Below are positions 12,697 to 24,504 of a DNA stretch of 64,000 nt, piece after piece. Positions within the stretch are counted from its first letter, which is position 1. Every line of letters begins with the position of its first letter. The position numbers and the translations under genes were made by a program. This stretch comes from Balamuthia mandrillaris (lineage: Eukaryota). Under the pieces are notes generated by a model. The model had not been told where the DNA came from. It made no database searches and saw only the letters and a program-made list of their open reading frames with translations. The DNA is taken from positions 1 to 64,000 of the forward strand of contig JAVKOQ020000082.1 in NCBI GenBank assembly GCA_031835245.2, read 5' to 3'.

Positions 12697-13722
12697 CAGG
12701 GCCGAAAGGTTTATCCTGAGGCCATTTGATGATGCGAGCATACTCAATGCAATGCTCAGGGCGACGAGGAGTGTTGGCAATAGTACAAATCTGGAAGGTG
12801 TTGCGAGGAGGAAAGAGGGAGAGCGAACATTCGAAGCAGGCGGTGATGCCTGGCAATATGATCCTGGCTTGTCCCTTGAAGCCTTCGGTACCGCCATCGA
12901 TCATGGGAATAATAGTATCAGGGTCGATGTTGCCCTCGTCGTCGATGTTGACCATGCCCACCAACACCGAGTTCATGTACCTACGTGCCTCGATGGAGTC
13001 CAACCCGCAGATGACCAGGTTGAATTGGGCATAAAAGTCATCGTCTTTGTCTTGGATCTTGCAAAAGTGTCTAAAGGACAGAACCAAGCGAGTGAGTAAC
13101 TTAAGCAGATAAAGGTATAAGGGGAGAAGGAAAAAGACGGTACGGTGTAACATGACAACCAGGAATCCTTTCGTTGATGAAACGGGCAGCAACTTCAGCC
13201 TTTGGTTTGCCAACGTCGTCTTGCCTATTTGTTTGTGAAGCAACATGTTGGTGGGAGATGACCAATACAAAACAAAAAGTACCAAACCGGGAAACCAACC
13301 TGAACAAGAATTGACGGTTGAGGTTAGAAATGTCGATGGTGTCCATGTCGATCACCTCAATGTCACGGAAACCGGACAAGGCCAAGTCCTTCAACAACTC
13401 GCAGCCCAGACCGCCGGCACCGATCACCAGGAGCTTGCAGTTAGGGTCTCCACGATCATTTTCGAGCGCCCTCAAGTAGTTTTTCAGCTGAAAGGCAACA
13501 AGACACCAAATTAAACAAGAGGGCAAACAAAGACAACAAAGAAAGAAAAACGATCCAAAGAGAAACGCTATCGTAATCAGCCGCTCAGAACCAGGAAAAG
13601 TAAAAAAATACCTTTGGGGATTCGGCGGTGTCTGGTTCGAAGCCCTCGCCAGCGTAGGGACCGTCCCTTTCCAACAGCTTGTACACGTGATCCCACCTTC
13701 CTTCGGGTTCTACAATGTCCAT
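11943..13722 (-). CDS. UBA3: NEDD8-activating enzyme E1 catalytic subunit
   Basis: [44 protein letters not shown], catalytic [32 protein letters not shown]-terminal LEKKTRPNL. Confidence 0.95.
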
Positions 13723-14065
13723 CGTTGTTTATCTTCTTCTTTTTGTGGCTAACGAAAAACAAAAAGTAAAGGTCTTCCCACCAACGCACGCAGCGCTTTC
13801 CACTACTCTTTTTTTTTCTGTTAATCGGAGGGGGTGAGGTTGATCCCGCGAGGTTCTTTGATTTCGTGACGACGCGGGTTGTCTTAGCAGGAGGCCTGCA
13901 CCAAACGACCAGTTTTCGTTGTCACCGAGCATTTTTTCGAGTTTTATTCAAACATTTATTTATTTTTTTGTTGTTGGTGGTAACGCAGCAACGGAGATAA
14001 CCACACTTGGTGGAGACACCCTTTTTCTTGTTGCCCCCTCCCCGTTTTTTGCAAACAGAAGAGAG

Positions 14066-14163
14066 ATGAGTCGTTTTGGTCTTGGGTAAGTCTTGTTGGT
14101 GGCAAAGGATATATTTGCACAACACCAAAAACAAAATTATGTAATGCATAATGTTTTTTTTTT

Positions 14164-14197
<34 letters not shown>

Positions 14198-15180
14198 TTC
14201 TGGCATACAACACGCAGTAAGGCAAGCCGTACCTTTAAACCGATCAAGAAGATCCCCAAAGGAACCAAGCAGTATGAGCTCTCTCAGCAGGCCTTGATGA
14301 CCCTTGGAACTGGCAACCTCCATCTTGCCGTCCGTTTGCCCGAAGGCGTTGACCTCAACGAATGGCTCCTTGTCAACAGTTTGTTTTTCTTGTTCCATTT
14401 TCTTTTTTTCTGCTCCTCTCTCTCTCTCTCTCCTTCTCTCGTAGTTCTTGTTCTAAAACTGTTCCTTCCGCATGAAACCACTCCAGCGGTTGACTTTTAC
14501 AACCAGATTAGCATGCTGTATGGGGCTCTCGAGGAAAGCTGTACTGCCACCTCATGTCCCGTCATGTCCGCCGGTCCCAAGTACCGTCTTTGCTCCGCTC
14601 TCCTTCTTTCTCTGAGTCTTCTCCGTTTGCCTCTTCTCCGCTTTTCTTGTTTCTCTCTATGTTCTCTCTCTGCTCTCTCTATCTCTCCGCATTCTTCCCT
14701 TCTTTTTTCTTCTCCTCTTATTCTCTTTTCCTCTTCTCTCCTGCTCTCTTCTTTTGCTGCTCTCTTACTCCTTCTCTTCCCACGCTTCTCTTGAAAAGAG
14801 CGGAGTATTACTGGGCAGACGGAAAGGATGTGAAGAAAGCCATCCGCTGCTCCGCAAAGGAATATGCCGACTACCTCCTAACATGGGTCAAGAGCCTCAT
14901 CGATGACGAACAGGTCTTTCCCTCGAGCGTCGGTCAATCCTTTCCCAAAAACTTTAAAACGTTGATAGCCACCATCTTCAAGCGCCTCTTCCGGATCTAC
15001 GCTCACATCTATCATTCTCACTTTCCAACCATTCAAGAACTTCAATTCCAGACACATCTCAACACTTCTTTTAAGGTTTGCTTTTCTCTCTCTTTGTTTG
15101 TTTGGTTTTCTCTCGGCTCTGTGTCTTCTTTTCCTTCTCTCTGCTCTCGCTCTCTCTTCCGTCTCGCTCTCTCTTCTTTG

Positions 15181-15223
<43 letters not shown>

Positions 15224-15465
15224 GTTCTCTTTTCTGTTCAATTCTGCATGCACTAACCAACGAGCAGCACTTCATCTACTTTGTGGACGAGTTTAAGCTT
15301 GTAAAGAAAAAGGAATTAAGTCCGATGGGAGAACTGGTGGAGGCTCTTCTCAAAAAGAAGATTGCAGCCTCCGGAGGAAGCGCCGGTTCTTCCTCTTCTA
15401 CTTCCTCTGCTGCTCACGACGATGACGAGGAGGAAGAAGAGGAGGATGAGGAAGAAGAGGCCTGA
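14066..15465 (+). CDS. MOB1: MOB kinase activator (MOB1 family)
   Basis: TFKP...TLGTGNLHLAVRLPEGVDLNEWL, VDFYNQISMLYG, CPVMSAGP, IFKRLFRIYAHIYHSHF, HLNTSFKHF. Confidence 0.92.
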
Positions 15466-15610
15466 AGAAAACACTTGGCTTCTCAGGTTTCACTCTGTTA
15501 GTAGTTTGTTGTGTTTGTGGATAACTCGAGTTTCTTTTCGCTGCATTTGTTTGTTATGAAGAAAGTAAAACTAAGAAGAACAATCAGAAAGAAGACGAAA
15601 GAAAAGACTT

Positions 15611-16846
15611 TCAGCCCCTGTTCTTGCCTTTCTTTCCTTTGCCCCCACGAGGATTTCCTCTTCTTGCCGCGTTCTGTTTCTGTTCCTTGGCAATGGCCAA
15701 GTTGGCCGCCTTCTTCGTATCCACAACAGCCGTCTCCTTGCCCAACACCTGGTTCAACAAACCAAGGTTTCGTTTCTTCTCGTTCGAGCCTCCTTCTCCT
15801 TTTGTCTTTTGTTTGGTTGGCTCTACCACCGCATCAAACCTGCGTTTACCTCTTTGCACGGTGCCCGTCTTCTCGCTGGGGAGCCGCTCGTTGAACTTGC
15901 CCACGGAGGCAGTGGACTGATCCGCCAGCTCGATCTGTTTCTTCAGCAGGTTGACCTTCTCCTTGGAGTTGCCCTGTGTGGGCATGCTCTTGTTCTTGCT
16001 GGAGGGAACGGAACCAATGCCCATTTTCTTGGCCTCGAGTTGCATGGCCTCCAGGCGGTTCCGCTGCTCCCTCTTTTGTTGCTTCTGGAGGCGCTCCTTC
16101 TTCTCCTGCCGCATCTTCTGGAAGGGGTCCTCGTAGGGGTCGTCCATCTTCTCGGCCTCCACCACCCAGGTGTCGGCCAGCTTGTCGTTGGCTCGTTTGT
16201 AGCCGTGGGCGCGCCTCCATTCCTGGTGCGTCTCGTCCCACACCAACTTGTCCTTCTTCTTCTTCTGGATGCCCTTTGCCTCTGCGAACTTCTCCCACCG
16301 TGTTTGCGGTTTTGGCTCTGGAATCTAATCGAGGGACGGTTTCGGGTTTAAAAAAAAGTGCAGCCCAGAAGAGAGGAGAAAATGGAGGAAAGAGAGAAGA
16401 GAAGAGAAGAGAAGAGAAGAGAGAAGAAAAGAGAAGGCTAGAAGAGAGAATACGGGAGGAGGGAACGAACGTGTTTCTCACGAGGAATGGCAGTGGTGCC
16501 GCGGGGAAGCTGCGCCAGGACCTCTCCTGATTGCTGTCGCTCGGTGGGGAGTGATAGTATTTTGTTCAACAACAATTGCACACAGTCACGGCCTTCCTCC
16601 GCACAAAACGTGCTCGGGCCTTTCGACCTAACGCATAAAGAATCAATCATTGATGAAAATCCTTTTCTTTGGAAGATGGAAAAAAAAAATAAAGCGAAGA
16701 AAAATGCGGTACCGCAATTCGGAGAGATCGATCGGTTGGTAAGCAAAGGCTGTGAGGTTTCCCAGGTCATACTCCAACCCCGGATCTCTGTCCAACATCA
16801 AGGCAGGATCAGCCTTGGGCAGCTCGATTTTGGTGGGCTCTTCCAT
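15611..16846 (-). CDS. RRS1: Ribosome biogenesis regulatory protein
   Basis: EYDLGNLTAF, GRDCVQLLLNKILSLP, LPRGTTAIPREK, TRWEKFAEAKGIQKKKK, WRRAHGYKRAN, STASVGKF. Confidence 0.93.
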
Positions 16847-17285
16847 TCTGTGTGCCCCGCTGTTTGTTCTTTTCTCCTTCTTTTCTGCTTTCGGTCTTTC
16901 TTCCTCTCTCCTGTCTTCTCTCCTGTCCTTTCCTTCTTTTTTCTCCTGCATCGTTTCCAAGGTAGCCACTCCCCCCCTGTCCTCCAGCCGTGCAGCAATG
17001 CTTCTCCAAGCATGGTCATCTGCTGCTCCAACCGTGCAACCCTAACGCCGTTTTGCCCGAACGCTAAAAAGGAAACAAGACACCGAAAAAAGAGAAAAGC
17101 CGAGAAAATCAACGGCCAACACGCGGAAACCTTCGTTGGGTGTTGTGTGTGTGTGTGTGTGCTCGATGGTGAGCCTCTGCGTTTGTGGCAAACACAACGG
17201 CCAGTGGTGTTGTTGGTAAGGGGCAGGGTGTAAGAAGAAGAGAAGCGAAGCGCGGCAAACCGTTTGGACGAAGAAAAAATAAACC

Positions 17286-17866
17286 ATGATGATGAGGCGG
17301 ATGAGCGGCTGCTGGGTTGCTGCTCTGATGTTGGCCCTCCTTGGGGGCTGCTTGGCGGTTGGCGTTGACGTGGACCCCTGTCGGAAAGCTCGTTCCTGCG
17401 ACTCTTGTGTACGTTGCGCTCTCGCTTCTCCTCCTCCTCTCTTGCATTCTCCTTCCATCTCCTCCAACTTGCCCACCACATGGCCTCTTTCATTCATCGT
17501 TGTTGCTACCAACAGGTGACAATATCACAGCGAAACCATTCGGTGGTGTGTGGTTGGTGTGGCAGCGCAGGCGATGAGGGCAAGTGCATCCCTTGCGTTA
17601 ACAACACCTCTCCTTGCCCAAAGCCCGCTGAGTGCAAGAGCTCCTGGCACTGCAGCAACTGCCCCCCTGATAGCGCGGCCTGGCTGTTCTCCGTGGGGGC
17701 CATCATTGGCTTTGCTGCTGGCGGGGTGGTGCTGGGTGGGCTGCTGACGGCAGCGGGCGTTGCCCTTTGCTTGTGCTTCTGCACGCGGCGCAAGCGACGC
17801 ACCATCTACGTGCCGGACTATCATCACACCGACACCGGCTACAGCAGGCTGCAGCAGTTTGAGTAG
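17286..17866 (+). CDS. Small single-pass membrane protein with PSI-like Cys-rich ectodomain
   Basis: Signal peptide; C..ARSCDSC and CGWC...C motifs; TM helix followed by CLCFCTRRKRR; YSRL tail; one intron. Confidence 0.7.
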
Positions 17867-18011
17867 CAGCTTCAAGCTCGAAACGAGAGCGTTTCGAGTT
17901 CCTCCCCCTTCTCCTCTTTCTTTGTGTAAATGAATAGGCGCTCTCTTTCAAAGAACAAGATCAAGTTAAAAACCAGAAGGAACGATAACAAACTGCACCA
18001 AAAAAAAAAAT

Positions 18012-18117
18012 AGAAAAAAACAAGGCAAGGTCAGTTTTCAACCCTAGCCCACAAAGACAAACGCTTTGCTTAGGGTGGCTATTTAGGTAGAGAACTTCAT
18101 GAGGCCCGATTTTTCCT
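18012..18117 (-). promoter_or_regulatory. SECIS element (type II) in the 3' UTR of the selenoprotein gene
   Basis: Minus strand reads AUGAA (from 18100) - GUUCUCUACCU - AAA - UAGCC...GGCUA - GGGUUGAAAAC - UGAC (18033-18030): non-Watson-Crick core, 11-bp helix II with two mismatches, unpaired AAA, apical mini-stem; GGGC/GCCU forms helix I. Confidence 0.85.
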
Positions 18118-18217
18118 TCAGCGTAGCTTGCGTTCCTCCCAGTTTTAGGCTCTTGCCAACAGATTACTTGTGAACGGTCTGCGGCCGTTGCTTACACTCT
18201 CGAAGAGATAAATCCTT

Positions 18218-18588
18218 TTAGGCCACGCCCGCCTCTTTCAGGAGCTTGACAAGGTTCGCAGGATCAGGGAAGCCCTTGCCAGCAAGTTTGCTCCAAACGA
18301 CGGTGCCGTCCTCAGTGGTAACCTCAAAGGCTCCAACTCTATAGTATAGGATCAGGCAATGAAACGAAAGAGGTGTGAGAAAGAAAAGCAAAAAAGAAAA
18401 GCAACAAGACGCGGTGAAATATAATTTTTTTTTAAAAAGATGTTGTAGCGGGGTACAAACCTGGGTCTGCCTTTTTCGTTACCCTGAACTTCCACAGAGG
18501 GGAAGGCCTTTTCGATGGCCTGCGCGCATCTGCGGAAGGAGGAGGCGTAACCTCAGCTAGTACAGTATTCTATGTGCACGATCGGCAT
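18218..18588 (-). CDS. Selenoprotein W-like Rdx-family protein (CxxU), 2 exons (18588-18461, 18338-18218)
   Basis: MPIVHIEYCTSUGYASSFRRCAQAIEKAFPSVEVQGNEKGRPRVGAFEVTTEDGTVVWSKLAGKGFPDPANLVKLLKEAGVA. In-frame TGA at 18555-18553 in a CxxUG motif; Rdx motifs GAFEV and WSK...GFP; downstream SECIS. Confidence 0.92.
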
Positions 18589-19081
18589 GGATGATGATGA
18601 TGGTGGGAGGGTTCGTTGGGTAAGAGTCAACAGCAATCGAGTGCTACGCGTTTTTGTGTTGGTTGTTTTGGGTGTACCCTTGTTTTTTTTGCTGCTTTGT
18701 GTTACACAAAAATAGCGTGGGCATCCTCAAAGGGTTGAGGTGATTAAGGGGACCTAATTCAGTCCCATAATATAAAGATGTTTTTCAGTTGCTCAGTTTC
18801 TGCACAAACACATCACACTAAGCTTTCTTCCGGCTGCGGCAAAAATTCAGGACGACACGATATACCACGTCAGCGCCACGTCATTAAGGAAAAGGGGAGC
18901 TGACGTGTGAAATTCAGACGACCGAATATTTTTTTTGGTGAATTTCGATTTTTATTTGAAAAAAGTTTTCTGTTGGGGATCTGTGAAAAAAAGAGAACAA
19001 CAAGGAATAAAAACCAGATAAGATAAGGAATAAAAACCAGATAGATGAAAGGCTTGCTCAAGTCATTCGACAGAAACAACC

Positions 19082-19885
19082 ATGCAGACCTATGCTCTCG
19101 ACACATTCGACGACCACATGATCATCACGCTGCCTGGCGATGATGATGCGGCCACGGCTGGGGGCAACCTGCGTGCCCTCATCGACACTGGCTGGGATCA
19201 AACCTTGGGACAAACGGGACACCCCAGCTTGAACCTCCTCAACCACACGTACCGAGTGAAGCCCACCTACGCCGGTCGTTCCGTCTCGGAACTGAACAAG
19301 CTGGTCGGAACCAACTTTCACTACCTCATTGGCACCAACGTCCTCTGCAAGCATACTTTCTACGTGGATTGGGAGGCCAAGCAGTTTCACCTCCTGAAGG
19401 GCTCTCAGGCTCTTCCTCCGCTTTCTTCCAAAGACGTTTGCCTTCGGTTAAGCAAGCAAGGGCTCTCAACCCCACTGATCGACTTTGACCTCCTTCTCCC
19501 AGGCGGAGACACGGAGGAACGGCAGCGGCACACCTGCTTCATCGACACTGGAGCCAAGGTATCGTACATCGTATCCAAGGCAGTGCCCAAAGACCAAGAA
19601 AGGGCTGTGGACAAGGCAGAGGACTTTTTTCCAAGTTTTGGGGTTTGGGAGACGAACCTCTTCTCCCTGCCTGTCGCATTGGTGAGTGATGAGGAGGCGG
19701 ACGGCACGGTGACAACAGATGTCACGTCATTGGATGTAAAGTTTGGGATGTTGCCCTCTCTCTTGGAGAATGCGATGCTCGGAGGGACATGTTCTGCTAT
19801 TCTTGGAAGTGACCTGTTCAAGCATTACCGGCGAGTCGGCATCGACCTCGCTGGTGGACTCTTGTATCTATCCCCGTTTTCATAA
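19082..19885 (+). CDS. Intronless two-lobed clan AA (retropepsin-like) aspartyl protease
   Basis: Two catalytic motifs LIDTG and FIDTG, each followed by a psi-loop motif (YLIGTNVL, AILGSDLF); no signal peptide. Confidence 0.8.
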   Translation: MQTYALDTFDDHMIITLPGDDDAATAGGNLRALIDTGWDQTLGQTGHPSLNLLNHTYRVKPTYAGRSVSELNKLVGTNFHYLIGTNVLCKHTFYVDWEAKQFHLLKGSQALPPLSSKDVCLRLSKQGLSTPLIDFDLLLPGGDTEERQRHTCFIDTGAKVSYIVSKAVPKDQERAVDKAEDFFPSFGVWETNLFSLPVALVSDEEADGTVTTDVTSLDVKFGMLPSLLENAMLGGTCSAILGSDLFKHYRRVGIDLAGGLLYLSPFS

Positions 19886-19964
19886 ATGGAACTTGTATAA
19901 CCGGGTGGCTCTGTTATATATTTACAGCGACAATAGAGACGAGCTGTGTACTGAACAAACCTCT

Positions 19965-20010
<46 letters not shown>

Positions 20011-20605
20011 GAGGAGCAAAGGTGTGACATTAGACAACCTGTGCAAAACACGTGCGAAGCTGTGGGGAGGAAAAGGAGCAATTAAAAAATTGATCATATT
20101 TATCGGAGTTGACCAGAAATATCAGACTTTTCAGCAAATTTTCCCTTACAACGATAACTGTTGAAAAAAAATCTGTTTACAACGAATCACAGCAACAATG
20201 AATCAGCCGACCGAAAAGAAACGGCAAGGGGAAAAAGGGCAGCAAAGAAAGTCTCCCCGCTGTCCGAGCTCCCTCTGGCAGGGAAAATCAGCGTCGGCGC
20301 GGACCACTCCCGAACCAAACCGTCGCGCGTTGCTCAAGCTGATGCGGATGGAATTTCACGCTTGCAGCAGGACGGCAAACACCCAAACCTCTTTGAAGAG
20401 TTAGCGAGCGAGAAGACGCCAAACAAAAAAAAAAAAAAAAAAAAAACAATAGGTATTGGTAGTGTGCTGGCAGGGGAGAGGTTTCTTCTTTGTTCTCCTC
20501 TGTTGACTTTGAAAGTCTCCACTATTTTTCTTTTTTTTTTTTTAAAAAAAAAAACAACCAAAACAGAACCCTTGCTTTCCATCCAGCCAAAGGCGAGACA
20601 GAGAG

Positions 20606-22104
20606 ATGCAATTGACGCTGGTCGTTGATGTGTACTACTTGCTGGCCTTCGTCGTGGGCTTTGTGGTCTGTCTCCTCTTCTTCAGAGCCACCAAACGAGC
20701 CAAGTCGAAGAAGAACAAGAACACCGCCACTACCGCCCTGCCAAACACGAACCTCTCTTCTTCTGCATCTTCTTCGTCTTCTTCTTCATCTTCTTCTTCA
20801 TCCGCCTCGACAGTCCCTCAGATCAAAACGACTCCTCCCCAAGACTCCTCCTCAACCTCGCTTACCGTCATCCCAGAGGAAGAGCCTCAAGGTCCCACTA
20901 CGCCTGCTGCTGGCAGCACCACGCTAAGGCAAAGAAAAGTGTCGGACAGCGCCGATGCAACCCCAACCAGACGTGTCCCCTCCTATCCAGGCCTGAGTGG
21001 CGCTGAAGGGAGAGGAACCTCTGCTGCTTTAGCTTCGTCTTCATCTTCTTCTTCTTCGGGTGTTGCTGTCCGTCCCATCAAGACGAAAAAAACTGGCGTC
21101 CTTCTGTCTTCCTCTGACTCTGAGGAGAAAGCGCCCAAATCGGCAGGTGCTGGCACTGGAGGCAGCAGTTTGAAGGGTGCTCACCTTCTCCAGGCACACC
21201 AGCAACAAACCAGGAGACCCCACAGCACTGGACACCCTTATACCAAGGGACGCAAGCGCTTCTCAGTGGACCCCAGAGGAGATCTCTCCCTCGCTGAACT
21301 ACAGGAGCTGAAACGTGCGTTTGCTGACCCTCTCTCTGGCATTCCAAGGCGCAACAAGCGGGTGCGACAAAAGACGTACAAGCAATGTTTCGTTGGTAAG
21401 CTTTCTTTGTGCTTCCATTCTTTTTTTCTCACTCTTACGCTATTCTCTTTCTTCCTCCTTTTTCTTCTCATTCCTTACGCTTCGTTGTGTTTGACGTCTT
21501 ATTTACAGGATCGCAGGCTGTTGATTGGTTGGTGGACAATGTTGCTGGACTGAGCAGAGAGAAGGCGGTGGACATTGGTGTGGTATTTTGGGCCAGTGGA
21601 CTCTTTCGTCATGTAAAGTCTCCATACCGTCCATTTAGTGATGGACCCTATCTGTTTAGGTTCAAGGGTACAAAGGACATTGAGCGAGATAGAAAGAAAG
21701 CACAAAAAATCCAGGCAAAGCGCAAACTGGTACCCATGGCTAGCAATGTAGATAACGTTTTGGGTATTTCAGGTATGTAATGAAAACCATTTCTTTTTTT
21801 TGTCCAACAGTTTCTGACTTCGCTGTCTCCATATTCCTTTCCTTTTGCGTTGTATCAAAGCCGAGGATACTCGTCAGGTGGAGAAACTCAAAAGCCAAGA
21901 AGGGTGGTTGGACGTGCAGGACGCGGGTGGATGGGTTAAACGCTGGTGTATAATGAAGACCAATCGGGAGTTGAATACCTTGGCATCTCCTGGTGAAGAT
22001 CACACCGATTTGGGATGGTCACTATTGGTCTATGAAGAGTTAGTTGATTCCACTCTTAGCAGTCTCGTTAAAGAGATGATTGCTCCAAAGAGTGGATTAA
22101 AGGT

Positions 22105-22141
<37 letters not shown>

Positions 22142-24055
22142 TGCTGAAGGTTCAATGAACAGATTAAGACAAGAGTGCAAAAACACTTGCTGAAGGGTCA
22201 TAAGAAAGTGTTTAGAGGAAAAAAAGCAATCGACTGGTTGCTAGCCAATAATAAGTGCGATAGCAAAGCTCAGGCCCTTGCTATCATGAATTCTCTGCTG
22301 CTTAAAGGACTTGTTCGTGCTGTTACCACTGACGAGAAGTATTTTAGAGGTACGACCAACATACGGCCGCCTCCTCCCCATGCTTCTCTCATGGTGAAAG
22401 ACAAGCTGACAATCCTCTCTTAAACTTCCCAGACGGAAGTGACTTGTATAGATTCCAAATTCACGCAGACGAGTGTAAAGAGGGTGATAGTGATAAAGAG
22501 GACCATGAAGTCAACAACTCTGCCAATAAGGAAAGTCTAAGGAAGAAGATGCAGGGGCAACCTACTGAAACCAAAGGTAAGCTGATTTCCCACAGACAAG
22601 ACCGCGTAAATCTTTCTGATTGCATGCTACGGCTCGAGCGAGGAGGTAATAAGTTACCTTTGCTTTTTTCTACTGCGTCCTTTTTCTGCTCTCTTCTTTG
22701 CGTTGATTCCTTCATTTTTACACACAAACGCGTTTGAATATAGGTGGCCATATCCAGATAGTTATTTATCGACTGGACAATAAACCAATATTATACAAAC
22801 TTGAACAGCCCCAGTCACAACATCCAGGGCTCATGTGGTTGCCCGTCAGGGACGAAAGTGCCTTTGCCCTTCCCAACGACTTCATCATTCGCGTTCCGGA
22901 GAAGGACGATGCCAAAGTCAAAGGGTGGATTTTTGCTTTGGAATATGCCATAGCACTGGGCAGTGCCACTGCAACTCCTACCGTGATAAAGGTGCCACAA
23001 GAAGAATTCGATTCTCAGTACGAGGGAGAGGAGGAAGAAGAAAGCGAACCACTCTCCGTGGAAGAAGAGAAAGACAGTTTGGAAGAACATGAGGAGGCCA
23101 CAATGGAGGACGAATTGTTAGATAAAACGCCGTCAGAGGAGGAGGAAATCCCTAAAGACCTCATTGATTCTGGTGAACGGGCAGTGCTTGCCCAGATGAA
23201 GAAAGAATTGCAAGCAGGTATGTGTCTCTCTTCCTCTCTCTGTCTTTTTATCGTGTCACTATGGCGTTATTTTGTCTGTCGTCTCATGTTAGCCCAACTC
23301 AATACAGAAAAGGAGAAAGATTCCTCTGCAAGTTCGCCGGTGGACTGGACGGCAGTTCCAGACGAACAGAAGCTGCTGTTTCTACGAGCACGAAAGTTGG
23401 AAGTGAGACCTGCCATTGAACTTATGAAGAGTTCCATCGTTTTCCGGAAAGAAAACAAATTGTTGGACATCAAAATATCCGATGTTGGCCCGGTGTGCCA
23501 TTTTTTGCTCTCTTTCTTTCATTCTATTCTTTATCTCATTCATCTCTCTTTTGATCCCTTCCCATTAAAGGCTGTGACGAGCGGAATGCTGCGACTGATA
23601 CCAGATGCAACAGATAAGCAAGGAAGGGTGTTGTTATACATAATGCCACAATATTATAACCCTTCCAAAATAGCACCAATGGACATCGTCCGTGGCGTTA
23701 TGTATTTGCTTGACACGTAATGCTGCCTCTTCTTTTTTGTTATTTATGTTTCATTTTATATTTGTACTGACGATTTATTGTGTTTAGTGCGATGTTGCAT
23801 AATCCACAGGTGCAACGGTCTGGCTTTAGCATCATTGTTGGGTGTAAGAATTCCAAGTATTCTAACTTTGACCCAAAAATGCCCAAACCCGTCATCGACG
23901 GCATTGTCAGCAAATATCCAGGTTTTTTTTTGCTTCTCTCTCTCTCTGAGCCTGTCTCTCTGTCTCACCAAAGTGTTGTACAGGACGAGTTGGTCATATC
24001 ATAATCACTGATATTCCTTGGTTCTTCCGCTTTATATGGATAGGTATATTTTTCA

Positions 24056-24097
<42 letters not shown>

Positions 24098-24401
24098 TCT
24101 CCCCCTCCTGCCTTCGCTATCCACTCTGTTTTGTAATTTTTCTGAATTCGTTTATTTTGTTCTTTTGTCTGTTTTTTAAAAAGTGATTCGACCACTGTTG
24201 TCGGAGGCATTGGCCTCCAAGTTCCACATAGTGGCCAAAGAAGCACTGACCGAGTTTGTGGATGCCTCCTCTTTGTTGGCGCAATACGGCGGGAGCAAAG
24301 AGTTTGACCCAGAGGAATGGATAGCAATGCGACACCGCATCGAGGGCATTCCTTACTCTGCCTCATCCTCTGATTCTCACAAGAAACACAAGCACAAATA
24401 G
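20606..24401 (+). CDS. Membrane-anchored DEP-PH(split)-DEP-CRAL/TRIO (Sec14) protein, multi-exon
   Basis: N-terminal TM; DEP1 (TYKQCFVG/SQAVDWLV...FSDGPYLFRF); PH start (EGWLDVQDAGGWVKRWCIM); DEP2 (VFRGKKAIDWL...DLYRF); PH end (VKGWIFALEYAI); Sec14 motifs (LLFLRARK, DKQGRVLL, LLAQYGGS). Confidence 0.8.
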
Positions 24402-24504
24402 ATACAAGAGTTTTTTTTCACATCGCAACAAAGAAGAGACCTTTGTTATGTATAGAACGGTTTATTTATTTTATTTTTGGATACTCTTGTTTCTTTTTAA
24501 GTTT

